Shown: positions 13,055 to 26,246, counted from the whole stretch's first letter. The stretch: 54,065 nucleotides of DNA, filler included, from Dimargaris cristalligena (GCA_003614675.1; 2 parts of 2 records of this genome joined end to end with filler, not necessarily neighbours in it); one strand, 5' to 3'. The notes: generated by a model not told the origin, from the sequence alone. Numbers and translations are program-made.

Positions 13055-15848
13055 ATTGGTAGGTATTTCGCACAGAGCATAAGACCGGTAAGCGCTGGTC
13101 GGAGAAGTCGACTCCGCGGTCACATGTACCAAAGCTAAATAGACACCCTCTCTTTTTTATGAAAAAGCACCAGACATTAGGCCAAACCTGATGATTGCCT
13201 AGGCGAAGAGGTTGAAGGGTTCCGGGCGATGTAGCAGCGCATCGATGTGGCGGTCACTTTGTGCTAGAGAATAACCAATTGACTATATAAAACTTACTTG
13301 GGGTGTACGCACCTTTCCAGCCCACCTAAAAGACACCCCACCACCACCACTACCCGTGCGACTTACTCAACTCTCCCTCCCCGACCAAGCCGCCTTTCCC
13401 CTCCTTTCCCTGTCAGTAGTAAACGGCCCAAAGGGGAGGAGGGGAAGAGAGACTGAAGAAGACGCTGATTGATGAGCCCAAAACGGTCACAGCCAACGTG
13501 CAAGGGGCTAGCGGCCCACACCCATATGAAAAGGGCAAACAACATAGCCACCCACATACATACATTAATGCTCACACCCACGCACCAGTTGGCGAGCCAC
13601 ATGACGGTCGAGCCCCACAGTGAACATGATATATGGTCGCCTCGCAATGATTCCCTCGTTCTCTTGCTCAGTCTCAAGTCTCTCGCAACGCTATTCTCTG
13701 CCATGGGCCATTCAGTCAGTCGGACAGATTGCCAGCGTCGGATTCGACCTCCCCCTCCCTCATTGATTCAATTTTCGGGACGGTATTGACCCTGAATTTA
13801 CACTCCCCTCATAGTGAGTGGGCTCCGTTCGGCATACGCCCCGTCGCCTTCGGTCCCCGATCAAGTATGGAATGGAATGGGGACTATAAATGGGTAAATG
13901 AATATAATCGTGCCTGTGGGTGTTTTGGGTGAATGGTTCGGCTAGACCGGATATCTCGACCAGGGGAGATGGCCATTAGAAGGCGGTATAACCCGCCACC
14001 ACCCACTTCCTACTATTACATCGCTCTACACCAGGGGAAATCCGGTGGCGGTCATGAAAAAAATATGAATCGGGTGGGTTGGGCGAGGAAGTATTATTAC
14101 TATTATTATTACTATTTCCCGGTCCAGCCCGGCATGCTTGGGAAAGTGGTGAGTGGGCTTTGTTAGATAAGACATCGCGCCATCCCCTTTTTCCCGCTCC
14201 CAATTCCCGAAATCTCCCCGGAGCTTGACTCAAGCTTCGACCAGGCCCTGTAACCCGGGCTCGACGAAACTAAACCGGGCAGACTTCCACCCCATGCTTA
14301 CCGGATAGACCCACACCCGTGTACACGTTGTTCCCCTCCGCCATTCGGCCACTGAATCCCCTAGAACCATCCCCTCCTCCACCATGCGACCATTCCGGCT
14401 ATTAATACGACCTACCGGGATTTTAACCGTTAGTAATTGGTGTCGCCGCTTATAGGCTCGCAACCTCCCCCTCTCTACTTCGCGCACCCAGCAAGTAGTC
14501 TCGTCATGAACCAGTGGTGCGGATGGATGGTATAATAATCCCCCCCCCCGGCCAGGTCGGACCGGGATACTGAGACCAAAACCGCTCGACCCTAAACCAA
14601 CCGACTTGACTTAGCTCGACTTGGCTTGGATTCTCCCCACCCCTTTTTTTCTTACTGGTCCCTCTCTCTCTCTCTCTCCCCGTTATCGACCTCGCCGTGC
14701 TAACCCTTTTCCCCCTCGCGCTTCCGTTCGGTGGAGTGTACGTGTCTGCGAGATATAGCCAGTGTGTATAGTCGAGTGTATGTTTTCAAATGGGCCGGTT
14801 GCTGGTCGCTTTTGCCCCTTAGTTTCCCGTTCCTTAGAAGAAGTAACCCAGGGGAGAGATCCCTCTCCGTTTATTGCTGTTGCTGTTATTGCTGCCGCCG
14901 CCCCCCCCTTTCTTCTGCTCAGCGTTCTCTCCCTTTAGCACACTCAATCTGTCTGGGACTCGCCTCCTTTCATATCGTTATAAGTACACCCCCGGGCCCG
15001 GCCTTAGTTTCGGATTACCCGAAGCTGCACCCGTCGCTGTGCCAGTTTGTTATCGTTTCTGGGTTACTCAGACCCTCCCTCCCCCTTCTTTCCTTCCTAT
15101 ATATCGATACCTGTTTCTATTTGATTATATTATATAGATTATTATTGCTTTTACTTTTATTTTAATTCTACAGTGCTATTGGCATTCCGGTTGTTTATAA
15201 AACCACACACCGCTCCCCACTGTCAGCGGGTGGCTCGATATATACCCATTTTAACCCGCTGTTTGGCATTTCAGTCCGGTAGTTCGGGATTGCAGCCATT
15301 ATTTGATATATATATTTTCGATATTTCCATCTGTATGTGTGATGACCCCCCAGTCACCTGAGTGACCCAAACACCCCCCTGCCATCTCGATTGCGCTCAT
15401 GACTGTGTGACGACTATTGATATCCCTTGATAATATTATACATCTTGAACCTCCCTCATTTATCCTAAGAGAGGGACCCGGCTGACCCTGGCGCACTTTC
15501 GTATATTCCTTCCCTTTCTTATACAAAGATATCTCTATCCGCTTTACCTATTCCCCAACCTGTCTATTTATTTAGTTTAATGCCCCATCAGCCTGCCTTG
15601 CTTTAAAGCCTCCCGAGTTCGAGCTGTACCGTTATCTCTTGCCCTACCTGTCCCGTGTCCGGGTTTCCCTTTATCAACCGACCCATCTTCTTCTTATTCC
15701 TCCTCTTCCGGCCTTGGCTTTTCTTTTGACCTGGACTCTCGCTTAGACTTCGCAGCCCTGTTCGCCAACTTCTGCTTATTATTTATCATACGACTCCGGC
15801 GGCCCGGCTTATTCAACGTTTTGAACTGACCCGCCCCCGTTTGCTACC

Positions 15849-17285
15849 ATGAGTTCCAGTGACCGCTACCCCCCATATCTAGTGCCCAATAAGGAGATAA
15901 TACGGCGCCAACACCGCACCAGTTGCGACAAGGAGCGGAATGAGTTGCGGGTCTTTGAGTACAAAATCGGGGAACACTACATCATGTGGGACCGCGAACT
16001 CGGCTTGGTCTACTGGACAGGAATATGGCAGGCCATTGGCGGGGATAAAATCGATTTGCCCAAGGGGCTCAACACTGACAAGGAACTCCGACCCGAGGAC
16101 ATGTTGATGGTCCGGGGCGGGAAACTGACGATCCAGGGAACGTGGATCCCGTTTGGCAACGCCCTGAAGTTGGCCATTCGCACGTGCTTTAAAATCCGCC
16201 ATGAGCTGATCCCCTTGTTCGGACCCCAGTTCGTTCAACAATGTCTGCTGCCCGACCACCCCGACTATTTGATCCCCCAGTCCCAGGTCACCGCGAATAA
16301 ACGCCGCTTAAACCAGCTTAACCAGCTCAATGGGACGGTCACTCCCCCCGTAGCGAAACGGACCCCCAACTCCAGAGGCCCCGGCAGTGCCCCCCATCGG
16401 GAGAAGCCGCCCTTACTACCGTCCAGCAACGGGTTCGGTCCACCGGGCTATGCGTCGCCCTACGGCCCCACTGACTCCGCTTTCCCCAACGATAAAATCC
16501 AGCGACCTCGCCCGGGGCAAAACCCAATGCGATCCCTCACTCCTCATCTTTCTCGGGCTGGCCCTCCCATGGTGACTACTAATAATAACAGCAACAGCAA
16601 CAGTAGCAGCAATAATAATATTAATAATCCCAGTAGCCATAGTAATAATAATGGTAACCACAATGGCCACCATCATTCTGGCGCGCTCAATCCCGCGGCA
16701 TCCCGGCTGGCCGGAGGCTCCGTTAAGCGGGTGTTTTCCCTGCCCATGGCCCCCCACAAGAAAGGGCCCGGGGCTGGTCTTTACCCCGGTGATAACGACG
16801 AAAACCACTTTGACAACAACGACCCGGGCCATCCCGCCGGTAAGAAGCGCCGGTTTATTGACCAGCCCGGTCGTCCCCACTCGGCCTTTGGGCATTCCCT
16901 ATCGCCGGGCCATCCCATCGAGGGCCCGGTGGGCTACGCCCGTGGGTTATCCGATCGCCCAACCTATGGTGCCATGGACACCCACGGCCACGGTCCGTCG
17001 GGGGCGTACCGACCACCGGGTGAGAACGCGATGGATGCGGCCCATGTGCTGTTGGCCATGCATAATGATGCCTGGTCCCGGCCCCTCAGTGCCCAGCCTA
17101 CTTTACCGCGGTCCCATTCGACCTTTTCCGAACGACCGGACCCTATCATGGGTAATCATGGCCCACGCACCCCTGCGGGTTTATTACGGCCCCATTTGCC
17201 GACCCTTCTGCCCATATTAGCAGCGGAAGCCGCCGATCTCTCCCGACCGCGACCCGAATCCCCGGGCGGCCACCGGATACCGGGG

Positions 17286-17319
<34 letters not shown>

Positions 17320-18185
17320 TTAATATTAATATTAATAATAATAACGGGTCGTTACCATTACCCCACCTGCCGGCGTTGACCCCCTCACGCTCCCACCAGG
17401 GGGCCCTGCCCTCCCCGCTCTCCCCTGCCTTCAACCTCGGTGGAGTGTTTGGCAGCGACCCCGTGTCGACCAAGAACAACCCAGCGAGTCCCACCCACCA
17501 CCATCTCTCCTTACGGTACTCCTCCACCCTTTCCCACCACCGCAAGGGAGTGAAGAGTCCCCCACCCCCCCTTCAGATTTACCCCCATGGCTTATCGAAT
17601 TCTTCCTCGCTGCTGACTTTGTCGTCGTCCTCCTCCAATTCCTCCTCTTCGGCCAACAACGGGTTTCCGAGTATTCTCCTACCGCGGATAGACCAAGTGC
17701 TACGCACGGCCCAGCCGTCGCCCAGTTTGCCTCCGGACTCAGCCATGGTAGTAGTAGCGTCCCTCAAGAGCCCGGCGGGTCTCATCACCCCGAGTCCCGA
17801 GACCACGCTGTTTAATCTCGCCTCCCCGCATTCGGTGGAGCTGCCCCCACTGCGCATCCCTTCCTCCCCAGCTTGTCCCCTGGACGCCACGCAAAGCCAT
17901 TCACTCCTCCTCCCACCATGTACACCCACCTCTGCGGTCCCACCCCACCTTGGTAACAATACCACCAATAACACCAACAACAGCCTGGCGGCCTTCTCGT
18001 TTGAGCGCTCTGGTACCGTTTCCCCCGGGTTTCCTCCGCCGACCAGTGGGGGAGGATCGTTGGCCCTGCATTTGGTCCCGACCTCCCTGAGTCACCCCCT
18101 GCCTGGTTCGTCGTCTTCGTCATCGATGGTGTCGTCGACCCCGTTTCCCGCCATGATGGTCCCCCCATCGAATGGTTCCAGCTAG
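15849..18185 (+). CDS. APSES/KilA-N domain transcription factor, Xbp1-like, with a long low-complexity C-terminus
   Basis: Intronless 778-aa ORF. The N-terminal domain IMWDRELGLVYWTGIW...VRGGKLTIQGTWIPF...IRTCFKIRHELIPLFGPQF resembles the Xbp1-clade APSES signature (RGG..KIQGTW.P...C..IR..L.P.FGP.F). The rest is Asn/Ser/Pro-rich. Confidence 0.85.
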
Positions 18186-18885
18186 GCCGGGGATAATGGC
18201 TTTCGTGGGCCCCTCTCCTCACTTGGTTCCCCTGTTCAGTATGAGTCCCCTCTTCTCCCCTTCCTTATTCATTATGGCTAACATGTCTTTAGTTATGTTC
18301 CCTCCGTCATCCTATCCTTCTATGTTTATCAGTGTATTTTTGATCCCCCCCCTACTACCACCTTGTTCCTTTCCTCCTAATTGTAAGTATCTGTATTTTG
18401 CAACCAATTCTCTAGCATCAATATAGACTCTATAGATCCCTGGTTTCGGGTCTGTTCACTATTTAATATTTTTACTGGCCTCCCGACCTTGCGTGATTTA
18501 TGTACAGCACTTCAATAAACGTGTACAACATGGCCACAAACGGTGAGAATGACTGGTGTAATAGAAAAAATATATACCTCTAACATATTCACAATGAAAT
18601 GCTCGGTGTCGTATATAGTTTACACTGTCCCCGCCGTGGATAGGGCAGTTGACCTTGCGGGGTTTACAATAGCCATCCCCACACCACCAGACAGTCCTCT
18701 CTCTCTCCTTCACTCACCCGGATATATCATCCTATTACCAAGCAGCTTACCAGCTGATTTTTTTTAGTGTACCTTCTTTCCCTCTTCCCAAGCCTCAATT
18801 TTCCTGCTTTTGCTTTAGTGGATTTCCACTTCATACATACCCCCTCCCTTTTACCTAATTTCACGACTCATTATCGCCCAATAGT

Positions 18886-20460
18886 ATGGCTTGGGGAAAT
18901 CCTGGTTCCGGCTCGCATAGCGAAGTAGACGGGTGGATTGCCCGTCTCAAACGCCGGGATCCGACCTTCACCTCGCTCCACATTTTAAGTTTCCGCCGAT
19001 TGACCACCGACAATTTCGTGCGCCTGTTCGAGGCCATTGCGCGAAATAACACCTTGACCGAACTGGGCTGTTCGGGCCACCAGTTGGATGTGCGGGCCCT
19101 CGGTGCCCTGTCGGACATGTTGCAAGCCAACCACACTTTGCGGCGCCTGACGTTCGGTAGCGCCCACCAGTTCGGCGAACACCCCGACCATTTGGCCATC
19201 GTGGCGGAGGGACTGGCGGCGAACCGCGGGTTGCAAGAACTCGACCTCGAATACAAGGACCTAAGTTTGGCCCACGTGTCCGCTTTGCGCCTAATTTTGA
19301 CCCGGCCCGCGGGTTGGGAAGTGCTGAAGCTGGGGCGTAATAAACTGGGCGACGAGGCCATTGCCCGGCTCCTGGGCCCGATTCTGGCGGCGGGGAGTGC
19401 CGCCGGCCCGGGTACGCTGGTGAGTCGTATTGCGGATTTGGATCTGACGGATAATACCATCCAGGCCCAGGGTGCTGCGGATATCGCCCGTTGGCTAACA
19501 ACCCCCGTGCCCGCTACGGCGGCCCAGTCGGTCAGTCGGCTCGGATCGGTGAAGGCCTTTAAATTATCCTATAATCCGTTGGGTACGGAAGGCATGGCCC
19601 ATATTACCCAGGCCCTGGGTTCCGATAATACGACCCTGGAACGCCTGTGGCTAATTGACTGCATCCAGCCGGACGAAGGGGCGGCTACTACCGCTGCCGC
19701 GGCGGAACTGGCCTCGGTCACCACGAACAGTGACGGAGTGTCGGAAGTAGCGGCGGATACCCACGCCGTGCTCCCTTGGATTGAATCGCTTCGGACCTCG
19801 CTGCGTCGTAATACCACTCTACGCGGCCTATGGTTACACCGCTGCCAATTGGGCGACAATGGGCTTGTGCACTTGAGCCAAGGGCTCGGCCGCCATGCCC
19901 CCAAATCCCGACTGGCTACGCTTTCCCTCCGGGATAACCGCATCACCGACACGGGGGTGGTGGCCCTCGCCCAGGCCCTGGCCGATGATACCGTAGCGAC
20001 CTCCTCATTAACCAATTCGAGTAATGATGACGATGACAATACCCCATCATCCGTCCGGAAACTCGACCTTTCCGAGAATCGGATTTCCCCCGCCGGGCTG
20101 GCCCACCTCCTCCAATGCCCCCAGTTGGGGGAGCTTACGCTCTACGCCAACCAAGTGGCCATTGCCGGCCCGATTCCCGAACTCAGCAACGGCGATAATG
20201 CCGGGGCCCTACGACGATTGGACCTGAGCTGCAATGATATTGAAATCCCGGGTTTCGAATATTTTAGTCGTGCCCTGAGTGCCGGACTGTTGCCAGCGTT
20301 GGAAATCCTCGAGGTGGCCGGCAATGCTAGCCAGGATCAGCAAAGTGCGTGGGACCCCCTGGTAGACCAACTGACGGAACAGCGTCCGACCCTCAAGGTT
20401 TACTGGAAGAAATACGAAAGTGCGGATAATAGCGAGGCCTGGCCCTCTATGCCCGCTTAA
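18886..20460 (+). CDS. RNI-like leucine-rich repeat protein
   Basis: Intronless 524-aa ORF with repeated LxxLxLxxNxI/LxxxGxxxLxxxL units (LKLGRNKLGDEA, LDLTDNTIQAQGA, LSYNPLGTEGM, LSLRDNRITDTGV, LDLSENRISPAGL, LDLSCNDI). Confidence 0.88.
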   Translation: MAWGNPGSGSHSEVDGWIARLKRRDPTFTSLHILSFRRLTTDNFVRLFEAIARNNTLTELGCSGHQLDVRALGALSDMLQANHTLRRLTFGSAHQFGEHPDHLAIVAEGLAANRGLQELDLEYKDLSLAHVSALRLILTRPAGWEVLKLGRNKLGDEAIARLLGPILAAGSAAGPGTLVSRIADLDLTDNTIQAQGAADIARWLTTPVPATAAQSVSRLGSVKAFKLSYNPLGTEGMAHITQALGSDNTTLERLWLIDCIQPDEGAATTAAAAELASVTTNSDGVSEVAADTHAVLPWIESLRTSLRRNTTLRGLWLHRCQLGDNGLVHLSQGLGRHAPKSRLATLSLRDNRITDTGVVALAQALADDTVATSSLTNSSNDDDDNTPSSVRKLDLSENRISPAGLAHLLQCPQLGELTLYANQVAIAGPIPELSNGDNAGALRRLDLSCNDIEIPGFEYFSRALSAGLLPALEILEVAGNASQDQQSAWDPLVDQLTEQRPTLKVYWKKYESADNSEAWPSMPA

Positions 20461-21463
20461 ACCCAGTTTATTTTTATTTTTGGATTGCTTAATGTGTAAT
20501 TGTTGGGAGGAGAGAGTTATCCAATCCGATAATTCCCTTCCCATTTGGTGGCTTAAATAAGCGGCTAATAATAAACCCCCTGAAGATACTCTCTGCTCTT
20601 CTATTGTTAAATGGCAACTTTTGCTGAACGGTGAGACGAAGACTAAACTTCTCCCATATGTACTCGGGTTTGCCATCCATTGAGCAGATGTAAGTATAGT
20701 GAGTTTTACTTTGAAATGGAAAGACCTAGTGGCGCGTAACCTGTCACTTTAAGTAGTGTTCCCACTCCCACTAGTCTCGTACACCTGGGCTGACCCCTGT
20801 CGAACTGCCAAACAAATGACCCTTAGAGCCTGGTGGGCTTGGTTTCCAGCCGTTTGGCGCCCTTCCCTGCACATGTCGGTAATAGGGAATCGCTGTGAAC
20901 CGAGTTGGCCAGCGTGCCAAGACTACCGAGGGTTAAAACCCCCAATAACCGGTAATAATACTATTAAACTATCTAGCAGCTACGCTCCTCTGGAAAAATA
21001 ATCGATAAGCTTGGGCCGGCCATTTGATATACAGCACCAATTAAAAAAGCCGCGGCTTTAGCATAGGCTGAGTAGTAAGTACCGAAGCAAGCCAAGACAA
21101 TCCCCCTCCCCTCCTCAGTGCCACAGAATATTCTTGGCAATCCTGCGTATTCGCCAACCTGCCCCAAGTCAAGTAGTTTACTTGGCCAAAAGCCAAGCAA
21201 GCTGCGCCCCCCTATAACTAACATACTTGGGCCATTGATTCGGACCGGAATATTCAGCCTTCGCTTGCTCCATTGTTTCAGTCCCACTTTATTGGCCTTA
21301 CATCGCCAACCCCCCTCATTACCTATCATTCTTCGGTATTAGCCTCACTATTTCATTTGTCTTTCTATTCTCTACTGCACCCACTGACTTGTCTCTTCAT
21401 TTCCTCCTGCACCCCCCCCCCCCTTCAGCTGACGAACAGCCTTCGTAAGCTCAGTCTTCCGCC

Positions 21464-24459
21464 ATGTTCCGTTCTAGCAACGCATTCGAGCCGCTTGTGG
21501 GTAGGTTCCTTTCATTCTAACTGTTTCAAAGGCACATTGCGCGGCCTGGTGTACCCATCCTATGTACGTCAAGGTTCATGGACCATCCAGCGACTTCCTG
21601 TATAGCAGGTGAATGCAAAGTTACTTCGTTCAGTCCTTTCAAAGCGTCCCGGTGAAATATGAGAAGCGAATGGGGGAGGAGAGAGAGAGGGAGAGAGGGG
21701 GAGGGGTATATTCATAACTGTATTTTTAATAGCAGTACGGTTCAGAAGGTAGCCTTACCTCGTCTCTTCCTCTTCAGGCCCTAAAAGCCGCCCCTTTCTA
21801 CCCCTCAACATACCCCCCGGTGGCCGTTTCCTACATGGCATAATCTAATAACCCCCTTTGCTACCTCTTACGACCAATACTATGTCCCGCCCACAGCAAA
21901 AGCCACTAGCGAAGACCTCGTCACAGAAAACTGGGAATTAAACCTGAACATCTGCGACAAAATTGGTCAGTCGGAAGCCAAGTAAGTTTTGTTTCATACT
22001 AGCTACGAAATTCAACCCACCACTACTACTACTACTACCACCACGTATACTACTTTCCTTAAACTCGACTGGCTTGGGCCTGGGGTTGCGGGAGAACCGC
22101 CGATACGGTACTATGTGAAGGCCGTTTTCTCCACTCGCTGAGTCCAGTAGACCCAGTGATAGATATAACAATCTGGGCTGAACGGAATTCCAGGGGATGG
22201 CGCTCGCCGCTAAGAGTAACAATCCCGCCACTAACCCGCGCCTCTGGCCATTCCGAAATCTTTGCTTAACCTTGTCCTCACACAGTGCCCGGGATTGTTT
22301 GGCCGCCATTAACAAGCGAATGCTCCACCGAAATGCCAATGTAGTGCTCTATACACTAAGCTTGGCCGAAAGCCTGGCCAAGAATTGTGGCAAAACGGCC
22401 CAGCGGGAAATCAGTTCGCGCGTGTTCACGTCTACTCTGGTGCGAGTACTCAACGACAAGGTAACTTCCCCTATTCCACTTTTATGTGGACCATTATTAT
22501 ACCTTCTATTGGTGGTCCCTATAGCTAGTTCGCATCCTCCCTGGTTCCCCCTACTTGTACTCCCCTCCCCTCCTACACCCCAACTTTCTAATCCAATCTA
22601 CCGACGTCCCCTCTAACTCCACTATCCCTACTACATCACCTATACCCAATTTATCCCCCAGTCTGTCCACGAGGTGGTCAAAAAGCGCATTCTAGAGCTT
22701 ATCCAGCAGTGGGCGTTCAATTTCCGCGTGGACCCCGACCTAGGACTCATGGAAGAAACCTACCACGAACTCCAGTCGCAAAACTTTGTGTTCCCCTCCC
22801 CACAAAAACCCCAGAAAGTGCCCAAACAGAGCGATTTGGACCGGCAGAAAGAAGAGGATGAGCTGCAACTGGCCCTAGCCCTATCCCTCTCGGAAAACCA
22901 AAATCAGCGACGGGCCACCGCAGCTTCCGGTAGTGCCACTGCATCCGCTTCTGCCCCGGCCGCGGCAGCGTCATCATCATCAGCCCAGACCCAACCCGGT
23001 ATGGGCCAGGACGGCAGTGGCTCGGCCCGGGTCAAGGCCCTGTTTGACTTCGCCGCAACGGAATCCGGCGAGCTGGGCTTTTACAAGGGCGACATCATCG
23101 AGGTGTTGGACCAGAAGTACAAGGACTGGTGGAAGGGCCGGCTTCGTGAACAGACCGGTATTTTCCCCGCCAACTACGTTGTAAGTTAATGTGTTGATGG
23201 ATATCTACCCTACTGGACTGGTGGTGCCATTATCGTAGACTAATACCAAGTGTTGACATGCCATTGTCAACTATTGCGCGTTTGTCTATCTAGTCCAATA
23301 GCTAAGGAAATAGGCATCTAGAGAGGGAGAAGGTATTTTTTTGATTATTTTAAAAATACTAATTGATCTATAATATTATTGGGGCTTCATATCGGCTGCA
23401 CTTTTACCAATCCATCCAGCAAATTATCCGGGAACCGTCTGCGGCCGAGCTAGCCAAGGAGTACGAATTAGAGTCGCGCGTGCTCAATAGTACCCACCAA
23501 GTAGATTCCCTCATTCGGATGCTCGACAGTATTGACCCACGCACCGACAACATGTCGGAGAATGAGGAATTACAACTGCTCTACCACAACGTCTTGACTC
23601 TTCGGCCCGCTATTGTCCAGCTCATTGAAAAATACACACAAAAGAAAGGTGAGTTTATTGACGGGAATGCCCATGTCAACCCAGCAGTCTAGCTTGCTTT
23701 ACTCTATGGTTTCGGTTGGTGAATAGGGTAGGCAAACTAGATTTATCTCGGGAGTTTCTAACCTACTATGGTATATGGTTTTGGCCCACCCCTTTGGTTG
23801 ACTCCTAGATGATTTGCTTGCCCTCAACGATAAATATAACCAAACAATTCAATCCTATGACCAAATTACGAAGGATTCGCTGGCCCAATACAATCACGGA
23901 GGTAAGTGAATATCCCGATGTGAATGGTTGGTCCGCAATGGCAATTCCCTTGAAGGATTAACATCGCTAATCTGCGCCTCCCTTCCATATCCTACGAGTT
24001 GAGGAATTCAACGGGAGTACCCAGAATGCCGGTGGTTTAACCATTATTGAGTAATTAAATATGTGGTGATGTATATTGAATTGTTGTTACATGTATGCCT
24101 TTTTTTACATAGCCGTCCCTTCCAACACTTACCAAACGTCTGCCACCTACGGAGCTGCGCAGTATCAACACTACCCGAGCACCATGGCGTCTAGTCAATC
24201 CTACCTTCCTGCCCAAGCCGCACCAGGCGGTTACCCACATTCTACGGACCCAGCCTACCTGGCCCACCAACAGCAACAGCAACAACAACAGCAGCACCCA
24301 CAATCACAATCACAACTGCAACCGCAACAACCTTACTCGTCTGTCGTATCTAGCACCCCACTTGCTACCGCCTACACTCCCGTCCCACCAAATGGATCGA
24401 CGGCAGCTCCCTATCCGCAGACCATGTATCCGCCCCCTGGCGGCCCATACTACCAGTAG
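21464..24459 (+). CDS. HSE1: ESCRT-0 subunit Hse1/STAM (VHS-UIM-SH3-GAT, Q/P/Y-rich tail)
   Basis: 7 exons: 21464-21500, 21897-21981, 22286-22460, 22662-23180, 23420-23648, 23809-23901, 24113-24459 (1485 nt, 494 aa). VHS ([22 protein letters not shown]...), UIM ([15 protein letters not shown]), SH3 (VKALFDF...[11 protein letters not shown]...DWWKG...GIFPANYV), then GAT-like helices. Confidence 0.93.
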
Positions 24460-25823
24460 TCAACAACCCATTTCTTTTATTCGTACCCTTTTAACCACGG
24501 GACCTCTACACCCTTGGTCCCTTCGCTCAGTATACTACTGCCAAATGTTTCTGTCCGTGTACTATCTGAAACAATAACCCCCCCTCACCTAGCTCCTTAT
24601 TTTCCATTTCCATTCGCTAATATGGGAATGTTTTCCTAGAGTTCTGCGCTCATAAACATCTTCTACTCATGTATACACATTTTGTCTACGTATGTTTTAC
24701 TACTTCACCTTCCATTTTATCCAATTAAATCTTGCTTCACTTCCGAATGACCTAGTCCATAAGCGGTCATGTCAGTGTGAGGATATCCAGCCGACTATTG
24801 ATCTAGCCCATATGTTAACTACCCAGGGATTCACTGGCTATTAGAGTGGTATTGGTGCTATACTCACCATATCCACCACTTCACCGGATTTTCCCGCCAA
24901 TAACGAGCGGTGCTATTGTATGAAATATGTAAATAGAAGAGTCCCGGGTGGTTATCATAGATAACATACTAGTTGTTTGCCGGCAATGTAAATTGCGAAA
25001 GTAGATCGTACGAATGAATTGATAAAGCCTCATGATCAACAAGGGATGCTCCAAGCTTGGCTATCCTAGTGATCGTCGGCTCGTCGGGATTCTCCAATTA
25101 TATTTTTCAACTCTCGTATGCTCCCCCTTCCCTTTTGCGGTATTTTTACCTTGCCCTCAATCATTGTCCCATAACTAAACCAGGTCCCATACAATATAGT
25201 ACAGGGTGGCCACTATTCTATTAAAAACCACTAAATCCCATCAGCTGGCCAACTGAAGGTGAGAGCATGTGGTGCCTAAAGGATTGAAGAGCGCTCATCG
25301 AACCCGCTGTATGGCTTGGGATGGGGTGGGCAGGACAATCTTGGATCCTCCTAATGCGTTAACCAATATCTGCTCTTAGGCAAGGTATCTGCGACTTTCA
25401 CGAAGAATCTTCCAGTCAAACCTGGGTAAGTTTTGGAAAATATTTCGGTAACTCACAAAAGAATTTCGCGTAAAGCAGCACCTCTCTCACCCCCCAGATC
25501 ATTGCACGAGTATTAGGTGAAGGAACTGAATAAAACCTTGAATTGCTAAAGAGTATCAGGGATACTTAAATGGCGCTTTCGCCTCACACTTCCAAACCAT
25601 ACAGCTTCTCTTCCTACGCTCCCCTCCCCACCCACTCGCACCATTCTTTTTATTTACCAGGTTGACTCCTGTTATTATATAATTCGATGATCGTTCCGCC
25701 TATAGTCGTCCGCTTGATATTTTTCTTGAAACCAGGAAGAAATCCAGCTCAGCCATTGTCCGCCTTAGATCGCAATCCCCACCCCGGCCCGTTTCTTTAA
25801 CCACTCGCTTCCCCGCAGCAATC

Positions 25824-26246
25824 ATGAAAGCCGTCACAATTCTGTTCGCCGCTTTACTCCATGGTGTCCTCGCCAGCCCTTTGGAACGCCGTCATCCCCT
25901 TCCCGACAGCAGCGATACTACGCTCGTCTTAGCGTATCAGCAACCAACGTGGCCCAAAGTAGAGGTCCCAGCCATCGCTGAGTGGGAGTCTCGGATCGAA
26001 GTCCTGAAGGAATTGTCATCGCCCGAGCTCGATGAAACTATCGAGAAGCTGCAAAAAAATCTCAGTAAGCTCGAGGACCTCGAGGAAGAGCTAATCAGAC
26101 TTGAGGAAGAAAGACGAACCGCAACCGATCCAGAAAGAATAAGCGCACTCGAGGACAACAGGAAAAAAATATACAAAAATCTAATGCAAATTGTTAGCGA
26201 AATGAAGGCAACTCCCACAGGGTTATTACCAACTCAAACACTCTGA
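25824..26246 (+). CDS. Small secreted protein with coiled coil, no recognisable family (effector candidate)
   Basis: 140 aa, intronless, good start context (atcATG). Signal peptide MKAVTILFAALLHGVLA|SP, then LERR (possible Kex2-type site), then heptad-rich LDETIEKLQKNLSKLEDLEEELIRLEEERR. Confidence 0.72.
   Translation: MKAVTILFAALLHGVLASPLERRHPLPDSSDTTLVLAYQQPTWPKVEVPAIAEWESRIEVLKELSSPELDETIEKLQKNLSKLEDLEEELIRLEEERRTATDPERISALEDNRKKIYKNLMQIVSEMKATPTGLLPTQTL

Noticed and set aside
13744..14700. TCGAC/CTCGA sites as Xbp1 autoregulatory elements
   Set aside because: Several occur locally, but my rough count of TCGA across the 6-kb upstream region is near random expectation.
11189..15526. Intergenic ORFs of 60-186 aa (for example 11816-12376, 12833-13132, 14731-15165)
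   Set aside because: No recognisable domains, many non-ATG starts, and several arise from microsatellites (poly-I/Y/L).
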